A DNA stretch of 64,000 bases from an uncultured delta proteobacterium (GTDB taxonomy: Bacteria; Myxococcota_A; Polyangia; Polyangiales; Houyiibacteriaceae), in assembly GCA_963699755.1 (NCBI GenBank), contig CAVOVB010000001.1, positions 1,088,001-1,152,000 of the forward strand. The letters run 5' to 3'. Below the pieces are notes generated by a model. That model was given only the letters and a program-made list of their open reading frames with translations. It ran no database searches and was not told the DNA's origin. The translations under genes were made by a program, and so were the position numbers. Shown here in pieces: positions 38,766 through 48,347 of the stretch; position 1 is the stretch's first letter; each line of letters opens with the position of its first letter.

Positions 38766-40589
38766 ATGCCGAGCCTCAAGTGGATGGTGCAGCAGGGCCG
38801 GCCCCGCGTATTTGGAATCTACAAGCGTGTGACCTCTATCGGACGGGCCGGGGCCAACGATGTGTCGATCGATTCGGAGGCCCTCGAAGCGCATCATGCG
38901 CAACTCGTGTTCGATGGGCGCGACTTCACGGTGGCGCCCGTAGACGCGGGCGCCACCCTTCAGGTGAACGGTAAGAGGAAGAAGAAGTCGAAGATCTTTC
39001 ACAACGACAAGCTCACCCTGGGTGACGTCGAGCTCGTCTTTTCCTTGTACGACGAGGGCAGCTCCCGCGATCCGGACGCCGAAGGACGGGTGTCTCAGAG
39101 CTCTGAGATCGAGGGTATGATGAAGCTGAGTGATTTCAATCGCCGGCTCCTCGAGATACGGGCGATCCCCGACCAGATCGAAGCGCTGCTCGACGCGGTG
39201 ATAGACGTCGTTCACGCGAACAAGGGGTTCGTCATCCTTCTCCGTGACGGCGATCCAGAAATCGCCGCCGCTCGAAACGTCGATCGAGAGACAATTCCCG
39301 ACGCGGTGACCCAGCTTTCGGACAGCATTCTTCGACGCTGCATCGATACACGTCAGCCGCTGATCGTCAGCGATGCCGTCAATGACACCATGTTCAACTC
39401 GAGCGAGAGCGTGATGAACCTTCAGCTCAGCTCCGTCATGGTCGCGCCCTTGATCGCTCAGGGCCAGCTCCTGGGGCTGATCTACGTCGGCAACGACAAC
39501 GTGGTGAATCTCTTCGAACAGTCGAGCCTCGAGGTGCTCACGGTGTTCGCTGGCCAGGCATCGCTCATCTTGCAGAACGCGATCTTGCTCAACCAGCTCA
39601 CGACCGACCGCGATCGCATCGCCGAAGAGCTCGAGTCGCAGAAGTTCGGCGGAATCATCGGCAGTTGTCCGAGCTTGCAGGAGGTCTTTCGACGCGTGGA
39701 GAAAGTCGCAGCGGCCGACATCAACGTGCTGATCACTGGTGAGACCGGGACGGGCAAGGAATTGTTCGCCCGAGAGCTACACCGGCGTTCCAACCGCGCT
39801 GGCGGTCCGTTCATCGTCGTCAACTGCGGGGCGATTCCCGAAAACCTCATGGAGTCTGAGCTCTTTGGCCACGTGCGCGGGGCGTTCACGGGTGCCGTGT
39901 CCACTCGGCAAGGCAGCTTCCAAGCGGCCGATGGGGGCACGCTCTTTCTCGACGAGATCGGCGAGATGCCGCTGGCGCTCCAGGTCAAGCTCCTGCGGGC
40001 TCTTCAGGAACGCGTCATCGTGAAGGTCGGCGACACCAAGCCTCAGTCGGTCGATATCCGAGTCCTCGCAGCGACGAATCGCGATCTCGAATCATCGATC
40101 AAGGAAGGCACGTTTCGAGAAGATCTCTACTATCGCCTGAACGTGGTCAACCTACACTTGCCACCGCTTCGGGAGCGCGGCGACGACATCACGATTCTGG
40201 CGAAGTTTCTACTCCACAAGTACGCCGCGGAGTTCGGCGCGACGGTCAATGGATTCACTCCCAAGGCGGTCGAGGCCATGCACAACTACGACTGGCCTGG
40301 GAATGTTCGCCAGTTGGAGAACCGCATCAAGAAGGCGATCGTCCTCGCCGACAAAACGCTGATCGGCCCTGACGACCTGGACTTGGGGGGTGATCAGCAG
40401 CGCTCCGTCGTTCCGCTCACGCAGGCACGGGAGGACTTCACGCGAACGTACATCCTCGAAGTGCTCGACCGAAACGGCGGCAATCGGACGCGGACGGCGC
40501 GCGATCTGGGCGTCGATCCGAGAACCATCTTTCGATATCTCGAGCGCGAGCCCAACGCACCGGAGCCTGGCGGAGCAGCGGAGGGCTGA
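38766..40589 (+). CDS. Sigma-54 enhancer-binding protein with FHA and GAF domains
   Basis: IGRAGANDV FHA-like N-terminus; GAF (SVMVAPL, GLIYV); GETGTGKE, GAFTGA, WPGNVRQLEN; HTH. Confidence 0.92.
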   Translation: MPSLKWMVQQGRPRVFGIYKRVTSIGRAGANDVSIDSEALEAHHAQLVFDGRDFTVAPVDAGATLQVNGKRKKKSKIFHNDKLTLGDVELVFSLYDEGSSRDPDAEGRVSQSSEIEGMMKLSDFNRRLLEIRAIPDQIEALLDAVIDVVHANKGFVILLRDGDPEIAAARNVDRETIPDAVTQLSDSILRRCIDTRQPLIVSDAVNDTMFNSSESVMNLQLSSVMVAPLIAQGQLLGLIYVGNDNVVNLFEQSSLEVLTVFAGQASLILQNAILLNQLTTDRDRIAEELESQKFGGIIGSCPSLQEVFRRVEKVAAADINVLITGETGTGKELFARELHRRSNRAGGPFIVVNCGAIPENLMESELFGHVRGAFTGAVSTRQGSFQAADGGTLFLDEIGEMPLALQVKLLRALQERVIVKVGDTKPQSVDIRVLAATNRDLESSIKEGTFREDLYYRLNVVNLHLPPLRERGDDITILAKFLLHKYAAEFGATVNGFTPKAVEAMHNYDWPGNVRQLENRIKKAIVLADKTLIGPDDLDLGGDQQRSVVPLTQAREDFTRTYILEVLDRNGGNRTRTARDLGVDPRTIFRYLEREPNAPEPGGAAEG

Positions 40590-40633
40590 CATTAATGTCA
40601 TGGGTAAGCCCCTAGATTCATGACAGAGTGTCA
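40587..40633. promoter_or_regulatory. Tandem palindromic boxes (candidate enhancer/UAS)
   Basis: TGACA-TTAA-TGTCA (40587-40600, perfect palindrome) and TGACA-GAG-TGTCA (40621-40633). Confidence 0.65.
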
Positions 40634-40663
40634 GAAACCCAGGGCTTTTCGGGTTTGGGACCG

Positions 40664-40679
40664 CGGCATGACCCTTGCT
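40664..40679 (+). promoter_or_regulatory. Sigma-54 (-24/-12) promoter
   Basis: CGGCATG-ACCC-TTGCT vs TGGCACG-N4-TTGCW; exact GG-N10-GC. Confidence 0.7.
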
Positions 40680-40694
40680 TCTAATTTCGCCGGG

Positions 40695-41210
40695 ATGCTT
40701 TTCTTTGCTTCATGTTTGGCGATGCTCGCCGCCGCCTCGAACGGTGGCTGCATTGCGGCCAGAACCATTGAATTCGAGGAGCCCGAGAACTTCCCGCCTT
40801 CGATTGTCAGCGAGCCGACCGCCGATTTTCCGCTCAACCGAGTCGGTCAGCTCAACCTCGACGATCCCGTAGAGACCAGCGAAGTGCCGCTCCAGGTCAT
40901 CATTCGCGACCCGAACTTCGATCAAACCCTCGACTATCGGATGTTTCTCGACTCGCCTCCGCCTGAGATTCCCTTCAACGAGGGCGAGGTCCTGCCCTCT
41001 GGCTTCCTCGAGCGTCCGACCGTGTTCTTCGTTCCCTACGACCTGCTCAGCCCTGGCGAGTGCCACCGGATCGAGCTGGTCGTCGTTGGGGAGTTCGACA
41101 GCTTCGTCGAGCCGCGTCGTCCGGCCGAAGAGGGCGATTTCGATGACGCGACCTGGTGGATCCGGGTCATCGATGCGGACAATCCGGTCATCTTGCAGGA
41201 GTGCCGATGA
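40695..41210 (+). CDS. Hypothetical acidic lipoprotein
   Basis: Hydrophobic leader ending NGGC; start placed downstream of the sigma-54 promoter (ORF track 40620). Confidence 0.7.
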   Translation: MLFFASCLAMLAAASNGGCIAARTIEFEEPENFPPSIVSEPTADFPLNRVGQLNLDDPVETSEVPLQVIIRDPNFDQTLDYRMFLDSPPPEIPFNEGEVLPSGFLERPTVFFVPYDLLSPGECHRIELVVVGEFDSFVEPRRPAEEGDFDDATWWIRVIDADNPVILQECR

Positions 41211-42946
41211 AGCCGCGGCGGCCCTTGGCGCTCGTCTTGCTTCTGCTCGTCCTGCTTCTAGGGTGCAGCTTCGACCAAGGCGCGGTTCCCACGATCGCCA
41301 ACGCCTGCGGGGGGAATTCGGGCTGCGCCGAGGGCGTCTGCGATGGGAGCATCTGCATCGATGATTCGGGCGCAACGGTGGATCTCGCCATCGAGGTCCT
41401 GCACGGCGCGACCGAGATGCAGGTCGTCACACCGGCGAGCTGGGCGTTTGCCGCAGCACCTGCAACCGGCTCGATCAGTCGCGACCTCGTCTTACCGGCG
41501 ACCCGGCAAGTCCTCGGAAAGGTGCGCTGGGACGGGGCACGCGTTCCGGCGACACTTCGTTTCATTCGCAAGATGGATCAGGCCGTCGCGGCCCTGGCAC
41601 CGGTCCCGATCGAGGTCGACACCTTGCGCGAGCCCTTGGGCGCCGACGGATCCGACCTCGACGATTTCAGCGCCATCTTAGTCGCTGGCGCGACCTACGA
41701 CCTGTTGGTGCTGCCTAGCAGCGATACCGTTCCGGTGAGTGTGCAGGAGGCCGCCCCCGCGATACGGACCCTTCCTCCGCTCTACCTCGAGCTCGCAATC
41801 GATTCCGGCGATGCGAGCGAGCCGTTTCGCGTCGACGTCTCGTTTCCTCCTGGGCTTGCGCAAGACTGCACGGATGATCGCGACATAGGCTGCACCTTCA
41901 GCGCCGAGATTGTCAGCTTCGACGACGAAACCCAGCTCGAGCTTCCCGAGGCCGGCTTGCAAGTCCGAGCCATCGACGAGCAGAGCGGCCGCGTCGTTTC
42001 TTCGATCGCCGAGACAGATGCCGCCGGGCGTTTCGCCATTCGCATCAGCGAGGATGCATCCGACTATCTGATCCGCGTCACATCGAGCGCGGGACGCCCT
42101 TCCTTCCCGGCGGTCACCGTCGATCCGGACGTGGTCTTTGCAAACAGCCCCGAGAAAAAGGTCGTCTCCATCCCAAGGCTCGCCGCCATTCAGGTGACGG
42201 GAGAAGTCCGGGACAGGCTCGGCAGAGCGGTGCCCCTTGCCACGGTACGGTTCGTTTCCGCGGGCATCTTTGGCGGGAGCCAGCCCGGGCTAGTCGGGTC
42301 GTTCAGCAGCTCCACGACGACGAACGAGGATGGCAGCTTCGGCAAAGAGCTGCTGACCGGATTCTATTCGATCACGGTGACGCCGCCCGAGGACATCGAA
42401 AATGACTGGGGAGCTCTATCGGATAGCTCAGTGGTCGACGAAGAACGTACGAGCGTCGGCGCCTTGATCGTCCCTTGGCAGCTCGGTCTTCGAGGCACGG
42501 TGTCGACGTTCCGCGAGGAGCGAGCCGCAGGGGTGACGGTTTTGGCTCGGGCGAGATCAGCAATGGACACTGGCGCCGTGAATACGTCTCAAGAGACGGT
42601 GTCGGGCGACCTTGGTGATTTCGCGATGAGCGTTGACATTGGCCTCTACGACGTACAGGTAAAGGTTCCGGCGGATTCCGGCTACGCCTGGCTGGTCGAG
42701 CCCGACCTCCTGATGAGCCTCGAAAAGGGTGACTTGGAAAAGGACTATCGCTTGGCACCGCCCGTGGCAGTCTACGGAGTGATCCGCAGCAATGACGGGG
42801 AAGCGGTGCCGAACGCGCTAGTCCGCGGCCACCTTTTCAACAACGGCGTCGACGGCACCAGCCGTCCTCTCCAAGTCGCAGAATCGCTGTCCCGCGAAGA
42901 TGGCAGCTACCGCCTGCTCATCCAGCCGTTTTTCGGCGCCGAATGA
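41207..42946 (+). CDS. Hypothetical lipoprotein with short Cys-rich motif and repeated beta-sandwich (carboxypeptidase-regulatory-like) domains
   Basis: ATGA coupling; MKPRR...LLGC lipobox; repeated G.V....G..V..A.V and T...G.F units. Confidence 0.75.
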   Translation: MKPRRPLALVLLLLVLLLGCSFDQGAVPTIANACGGNSGCAEGVCDGSICIDDSGATVDLAIEVLHGATEMQVVTPASWAFAAAPATGSISRDLVLPATRQVLGKVRWDGARVPATLRFIRKMDQAVAALAPVPIEVDTLREPLGADGSDLDDFSAILVAGATYDLLVLPSSDTVPVSVQEAAPAIRTLPPLYLELAIDSGDASEPFRVDVSFPPGLAQDCTDDRDIGCTFSAEIVSFDDETQLELPEAGLQVRAIDEQSGRVVSSIAETDAAGRFAIRISEDASDYLIRVTSSAGRPSFPAVTVDPDVVFANSPEKKVVSIPRLAAIQVTGEVRDRLGRAVPLATVRFVSAGIFGGSQPGLVGSFSSSTTTNEDGSFGKELLTGFYSITVTPPEDIENDWGALSDSSVVDEERTSVGALIVPWQLGLRGTVSTFREERAAGVTVLARARSAMDTGAVNTSQETVSGDLGDFAMSVDIGLYDVQVKVPADSGYAWLVEPDLLMSLEKGDLEKDYRLAPPVAVYGVIRSNDGEAVPNALVRGHLFNNGVDGTSRPLQVAESLSREDGSYRLLIQPFFGAE

Positions 42947-44462
42947 ACATGAGGATGATGGCGGCAAGTCCGAGCCAGCCAGGCCAGTCCCCGAGTCGCC
43001 CGTAGATGGTATCGATTTCGAGCATCCTCACGTCGTAGCGCAGGTTCTCGCGCGTGAGCAGACCGGTTTGGGCCACGACTCTGCCAAGTGGGTCGATGAC
43101 GGCGCTGATGCCGCTGTTGGTTGCGCGCACCAGGTAGCGGCGATGCTCGATGGCGCGGTACTGCGACAAGACGAGATGGATCCACGGCTCCTGCGACTCG
43201 CCGAACCAGGCGTCATTGGTGAGATTGATCAGCACGTGCGGTTTCGCGGTCCGCACCATCTTTCGTGTGAAGCGCGCGAGCACGTCTTCGTAGCAAACCG
43301 GCGTGGAGATTCGCCATTGGCCGAGCGTCAATGGGCGAACGTGTGTGCCAGCGCTGAACCGTCCGCTGTTCGGAGAAAGATCGTAGAGGATCGGGAAGAC
43401 ATCGCCGAAGGGGAGGTACTCTCCAAACATCAGCAGATAGGTCTTGTCATAGGTGGACTGCACGGTGCCTTGGTCATCGGTGAGAAACACCGTGTTGTAG
43501 ACCTTGCGCTTGCCGTCGATTCGCGCGGTCGACACACCACCAAAGAGGAGCGGTGACTTCAAGTCTTGTCGGACCAGATCCGCCGACATGGGCACCCTGC
43601 GCGGAAGGCCGTCGATGAACGCAGATTCGGGCCAAACGAGTAAATCGAGCGCGCCTTCCTCCTCCAGCTGGCGACTTTGTTCGAGGTGGCGGCGATGACC
43701 TTCCTCGGCCTCGCTGCGTTTTTCGAAAATCCCCATGTTCACCTGCACGATACCCATGCGTAGGATGGGTGCCTCTTGCATGATCGCTTCGACTTGGGGG
43801 ATCCGCACCATGCCGTATACCGCCGCGAACCCGATCGCGGCCAGGGATATACCAAAGAGCGCTTTGGGTGCGTCACGCTCCGCCCGCCTCCAACGCCAGG
43901 CCTCGTAGATCGACAAGTTGACCAACGCGATCAGCACTGTGATCAGCATTGGTCCGCCGAGGTCTGCGATCTGAACGAGCACAGTCTCGGCGTAGAGGCT
44001 GTTGGAGAGATAGGTGGGGAAGAGTGACGGATAGAGCCATTCGATCAAAAGCAAGGTCGGAATGGCGACCAAGCTCGTGCTCCAGCCGCGCTTTCGCAGA
44101 GCGCGGTAGACCAGGCCGTACACCGCGAAGTTGAAACCGAGATACGCGGAAAAGAGTAACCAGAAGAGCGCGCTCGCTGCATATCCATACCCCGAAAACA
44201 CGTCGAGAAACTCGACCAGCCAGTGATAGCCGCCCGCACAGGTGACCGTTCCGTAGAGCCAAGCGACCGCGAGGCTGTGGCGCCAGTTGCGCATCAAACC
44301 GAGCTCGAGCGCGGCCCAGAGCGGAACCAGGCAGATCAGGGAGAGCGGCCAATATCCAAAGCCCGCCCAACCAAGAAAATAGAAGGCGCCGCCGAGCATG
44401 GCGAGGCCGTATGCTTGGTAGCGAGGCGCCGGGCTCGCTTGCTTGGAGCTGCTCTCGGTCAC
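42918..44462 (-). CDS. lnt: Apolipoprotein N-acyltransferase
   Basis: N-terminal TM segments; VWPES, YDK..L.MFGEY, VCYE, TNDAWFG, RATNSGIS; GTG start overlapping bioA stop. Confidence 0.95.
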   Translation of the reverse strand: MTESSSKQASPAPRYQAYGLAMLGGAFYFLGWAGFGYWPLSLICLVPLWAALELGLMRNWRHSLAVAWLYGTVTCAGGYHWLVEFLDVFSGYGYAASALFWLLFSAYLGFNFAVYGLVYRALRKRGWSTSLVAIPTLLLIEWLYPSLFPTYLSNSLYAETVLVQIADLGGPMLITVLIALVNLSIYEAWRWRRAERDAPKALFGISLAAIGFAAVYGMVRIPQVEAIMQEAPILRMGIVQVNMGIFEKRSEAEEGHRRHLEQSRQLEEEGALDLLVWPESAFIDGLPRRVPMSADLVRQDLKSPLLFGGVSTARIDGKRKVYNTVFLTDDQGTVQSTYDKTYLLMFGEYLPFGDVFPILYDLSPNSGRFSAGTHVRPLTLGQWRISTPVCYEDVLARFTRKMVRTAKPHVLINLTNDAWFGESQEPWIHLVLSQYRAIEHRRYLVRATNSGISAVIDPLGRVVAQTGLLTRENLRYDVRMLEIDTIYGRLGDWPGWLGLAAIILMFIRRRKTAG

Positions 44463-45760
44463 TGGGCGCTTCGTAGCACGCGTTCGGTCGATTCGCGCAC
44501 GATGTCGAGCAAGCGCTCGAGGTCGGCGTCCTCGATGTTGAGAGGTGGAACGAGGTAGACCGTGTTGCCCAGGGGGCGCAGGTGGGCGCCAAGCTCGAGC
44601 GCGGTTTCGGCGATTTCCCAGCCGATGGTGCCCATGTAGCCGCGCGCGCCCACTTCGAACGCCGCACACATCCCGAGGGCACGCGGCGCGGACACTCCCG
44701 CGATTTCGCGCATGTTCTCGATTCGTCGAGCGAGCAGCGCCGCTTTGGATTTCGCCGTTTCGAGAACCTGCTCGTCACGGTAGATCGCGAGCACTTCGCG
44801 CGCGACCGCCGCGCCTAGCGGATTGCCGCAAAAGGTATGTCCGTGCATGAGCGCACGGCGCTTGTCGCCGCGAAAGCCGTCATAGATCCGTTCAGTCGCC
44901 AAAGTCGCAGCGAAGGGAAGCATTCCGCCCGAGAGGCCCTTCGCCGTGCACAGCAGGTCCGGGGTGACGCCCGCCTGGTCGCAGGCCCAGAATGACCCCG
45001 TTCGGCCGAACCCAGTGAACACTTCGTCGGCGATCAGGAAGGTGCCGGCCCGCTCGGTTTCCTCGCGTAGCGCAGCCAGGAGCTCGGTAGGGTACATCCG
45101 CATGCCCGCCGCGCCTTGAACGAGCGGCTCGACGATGACGGCTGCGATCTGGTCCGAGTCACGGCGGACAAGCGCGAACAGCTCCTCGAAAATCGCGCCC
45201 CAACTTCGCTCAGGCACCTCCGGTGGCCTATGCACCTCGAACATGAGTGGCCGAAACACCGAGCTAAACGCATCGACGGCCCCTGCGCTCATCGCTCCCA
45301 AGGTGTCACCGTGATAGGCGCCGGGGAGCGCAAGGAAGCGGGTTCGAGCCGGACGTCCATTTTGCTGCCAGTATTGAAACGCCATCTTCAGGGCGACCTC
45401 GACGGAAGTGGAGCCGTTGTCGCTGTAGAAGACCCGGTCGAGGCCATCGGGGGCAATCTCGGCGAGCTCGGCCGCGAGGAGCGCCGCAGGTTCGTGCGTC
45501 GCCGCCGCCAGCGTGCAGTGCATCATTCGTTCGGACTGCCTCGCGATCGCGGCGCGAAGACGCGGATGCCCGTGACCGAGGTTGTTGCACCACCAAGAGC
45601 CACTTGCGTCGAGAAACCGCCGCCCGTCGGCCGCAATCAACCAAGGCCCTTCGGCCCGATCGACGACGAGAAGCGGCCGCGTTTCGTGATCCTCACTCGA
45701 GGTGTACGGGCGCCACAGGTGGGCCCGATCGAGGGCGATCAGCTCGTCGTCCGAAGGCAT
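44459..45760 (-). CDS. bioA: Adenosylmethionine-8-amino-7-oxononanoate aminotransferase
   Basis: LWRPYT, SWW, SDNGSTSVEVALKMA, YHGDT, IADEV.TGFGRTG, AKGLSGG, HGHT..GNP, LRPLGN. Confidence 0.94.
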   Translation of the reverse strand: MPSDDELIALDRAHLWRPYTSSEDHETRPLLVVDRAEGPWLIAADGRRFLDASGSWWCNNLGHGHPRLRAAIARQSERMMHCTLAAATHEPAALLAAELAEIAPDGLDRVFYSDNGSTSVEVALKMAFQYWQQNGRPARTRFLALPGAYHGDTLGAMSAGAVDAFSSVFRPLMFEVHRPPEVPERSWGAIFEELFALVRRDSDQIAAVIVEPLVQGAAGMRMYPTELLAALREETERAGTFLIADEVFTGFGRTGSFWACDQAGVTPDLLCTAKGLSGGMLPFAATLATERIYDGFRGDKRRALMHGHTFCGNPLGAAVAREVLAIYRDEQVLETAKSKAALLARRIENMREIAGVSAPRALGMCAAFEVGARGYMGTIGWEIAETALELGAHLRPLGNTVYLVPPLNIEDADLERLLDIVRESTERVLRSAQ

Positions 45761-45849
45761 TGGACTGACTTTGCGATGAGGTGATGACCGGCGCCAACCG
45801 GGGCGCGGGGGACGCGAGCGCGTGCGTTCGGGGCCGCGTTAGAGCTCCC

Positions 45850-48201
45850 CTACATCGGCCCGACGAGCACTTCTCGCCGGCCCCCTGCCTTGGAGCTCGG
45901 TGGCCCTACGACGCCTTGCTGTTCCATTTGCTCGACGAGCTTTGCGGCCTTGTTGTAGCCGACGCCCAACTGACGTTGCACGTGACTGATCGAACAGTAG
46001 CCTGCGTTTGCAACGACGGCGACGGCCTTGTCATAAAGCGGGTCGTCGCTCTCGGCGCTGAAGCCGTCGTCGTCACGTGGTTTCAGGATCTCTTCGTGGT
46101 ATTCGGGGTCGCCCTGCTCGCGCAGGAAGTCGCAGACCGCTTTGACTTCCTCTTCGCTGACATACGCCGCATGCACGCGTTGCAGATCGCCGGACCCTGG
46201 CGGAATCATGAGCATGTCGCCCATGCCCAGGAGGTGCTCTGCTCCGGAGCGGCCGAGGATCGTCATCGAGTCCTGCCGCTGCGCCACCTTGAATGCCACA
46301 CGCGCCGGGAAGTTCGCTTTGATCATGCCGGTGATGACATCGACGCTGGGGCGCTGGGTGGCGAGGATCACGTGGATGCCAGCGGCTCGCGCTTTCTGTG
46401 CGAGCCGCGCGATGCAGGCTTCGACGTCCTTGGCAGCGACCATCATCAGGTCGGCGAACTCGTCGACGACGACCACCACCGACGGCAGCTTCTCCGGCTC
46501 GAAGTTCTCCGCATCGGCCGCTTCACCGTCGGTCGGGTCGAGCAGGATCTCCTGACCGTTCGCGTCCTGGGCGCTGACTTTGCCTTTGCGCTTCGGGATG
46601 AACTTCTCGATCGAGAGCTCGCCCCGCAGGACGCGGTCGACCCGCCGATTGTAGGTGTCGATGTTCCGGGTGCCCGCATCGGCAAACACCTGATAGCGCC
46701 GCTCCATCTCGTCGACCGCCCATCGCAGAGCGAGCGCCGCCTTCTTCATGTCGGTGACGACAGGTAGCAGCATGTGCGGGATCCCATCGAAGACCTGCAG
46801 CTCGACTACCTTTGGATCGATCATCAACATCCGAACTTCTTCCGGTGTCTTCTTTGCGAGGATCGAAGTCAGCATCACGTTGAGCGCGACGCTCTTGCCG
46901 GACCCGGTTGCACCGGCGACCAGCAGGTGCGGCATCCGTGCGAGGTCCACATAGACAGGCTGGCCGCCAATGTCCTTACCAAGCGCCATCGGAAGGGCAC
47001 CCACCTGCTGCTCCCAACGCCGATCTTCGACGATTTCGCGGAGATGAACGGTTTGCCGGAAGTCGTTCGGGAGCTCGAAGCCAACCCGCGCCTTGCCGGC
47101 AATGGGCGCCACGATGCGCACCTTCTGGGCTGCCAAGGCCATTGCGAGGTCATCGGCGAGGCCCGCGATCTTGGAGACTTTCGTCCCACTCTGCGGCTCG
47201 AACTCGTACATCGTCACAACCGGCCCAGGATGGATCTCGTCCACTCGGCCCCGCACCCCGTAGGCCGCGAGCTTCTCGGTCAGTAGCTCCGCATTTTCGC
47301 GAAGCGCCTCGGCGTCGACGAGGATTTCGGAGGCATTCGGCTCGTCGAGAAGACTCGTCGGAGGCAGATTGAAGTCGCGGTGACGGCGCTGTGGAGCCGT
47401 CGAGATCTCCAAGGGCTTCTGCTGAGTCTCTTTCGGCGCGACGATCTTCGGGCCTTCGGCCGAGTTGGCCCCGGCATTCGGCGCTCTAGGCGTCGGCGCG
47501 GGGGTCGCGATCGACGGGGACGGCTCGCTCTGCATTTCCTCACGATCGTAGTGCATGCCCATGATCCGGGGCTGACTTGCTCGGATCTCTTCCTCGTGAA
47601 TCTCTCGGGCTTCTGCCCAGGCATCGCGAAGCGCCAGGATCAGGCCTCGAGCCTTCGCCCATGCCGCATGGCCCAGTCGCGCGAACGCTTGAACGGTCTC
47701 TTCGAGTGTCCAGGGGGTTCGCAGGATGACGGCGGTTCCCAGAATCGCGAAGCCGATGATCACCGTCCCGTAAAATCCAAGCAGAGAGCGAAGAACCTCG
47801 CCGAGCAGCTCTCCGACCGCGCCTCCAGGCGATGCCCCCCATACCGCCTTCGGCTCGATCAGCAGGTGCCCGAGCGCCGCACCGATCACGACGAGGACGA
47901 GCGTCGAGGCCAGCGTGGCCACGCCGAGCATTGCGGAACGCCTGCGGAACAGTCGCCAGGTGAGCAGGGCGCCCTCGAGCGGCAAGAACCAGGCGACCAG
48001 GCCAAAGGCGACCATCAGCGCTCGGGCGAATCGATGGCCGACCGGGCCGACCAAGTTGGCCGCACCGTTTCGCGCGTCGTAAGAGACGAGCGCCAGCGTC
48101 AGAAGGACGGTCGCGGTCAGGGCCAGGATCGCGAGAACATCCTGCCCCCTGCCCTCCGGGGCCGTCAGGTCACCCGAAGAGGTGGTTTCATGTGCGCTCA
48201 A
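45850..48201 (-). CDS. ftsK: DNA translocase FtsK
   Basis: 4TM N-terminus, GPVVT.YE, HLLVAGATGSGKS, DEFADLM, ATQRPSVD, gamma domain; GGAGG RBS. Confidence 0.96.
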   Translation of the reverse strand: MSAHETTSSGDLTAPEGRGQDVLAILALTATVLLTLALVSYDARNGAANLVGPVGHRFARALMVAFGLVAWFLPLEGALLTWRLFRRRSAMLGVATLASTLVLVVIGAALGHLLIEPKAVWGASPGGAVGELLGEVLRSLLGFYGTVIIGFAILGTAVILRTPWTLEETVQAFARLGHAAWAKARGLILALRDAWAEAREIHEEEIRASQPRIMGMHYDREEMQSEPSPSIATPAPTPRAPNAGANSAEGPKIVAPKETQQKPLEISTAPQRRHRDFNLPPTSLLDEPNASEILVDAEALRENAELLTEKLAAYGVRGRVDEIHPGPVVTMYEFEPQSGTKVSKIAGLADDLAMALAAQKVRIVAPIAGKARVGFELPNDFRQTVHLREIVEDRRWEQQVGALPMALGKDIGGQPVYVDLARMPHLLVAGATGSGKSVALNVMLTSILAKKTPEEVRMLMIDPKVVELQVFDGIPHMLLPVVTDMKKAALALRWAVDEMERRYQVFADAGTRNIDTYNRRVDRVLRGELSIEKFIPKRKGKVSAQDANGQEILLDPTDGEAADAENFEPEKLPSVVVVVDEFADLMMVAAKDVEACIARLAQKARAAGIHVILATQRPSVDVITGMIKANFPARVAFKVAQRQDSMTILGRSGAEHLLGMGDMLMIPPGSGDLQRVHAAYVSEEEVKAVCDFLREQGDPEYHEEILKPRDDDGFSAESDDPLYDKAVAVVANAGYCSISHVQRQLGVGYNKAAKLVEQMEQQGVVGPPSSKAGGRREVLVGPM

Positions 48202-48347
48202 GTAAGATGCCTCCTACATCCACAGGCTATGCGCGCGCAGCTTGCGTGGTCAAGAAATCACGGTGTTCCAAGCGTCTTGAAAGCGCAACGGAATCCTCTA
48301 TTATCTTGCCGGGTTGCATGTTCAGGGGGGATGGTTTCGCCGGTCGC

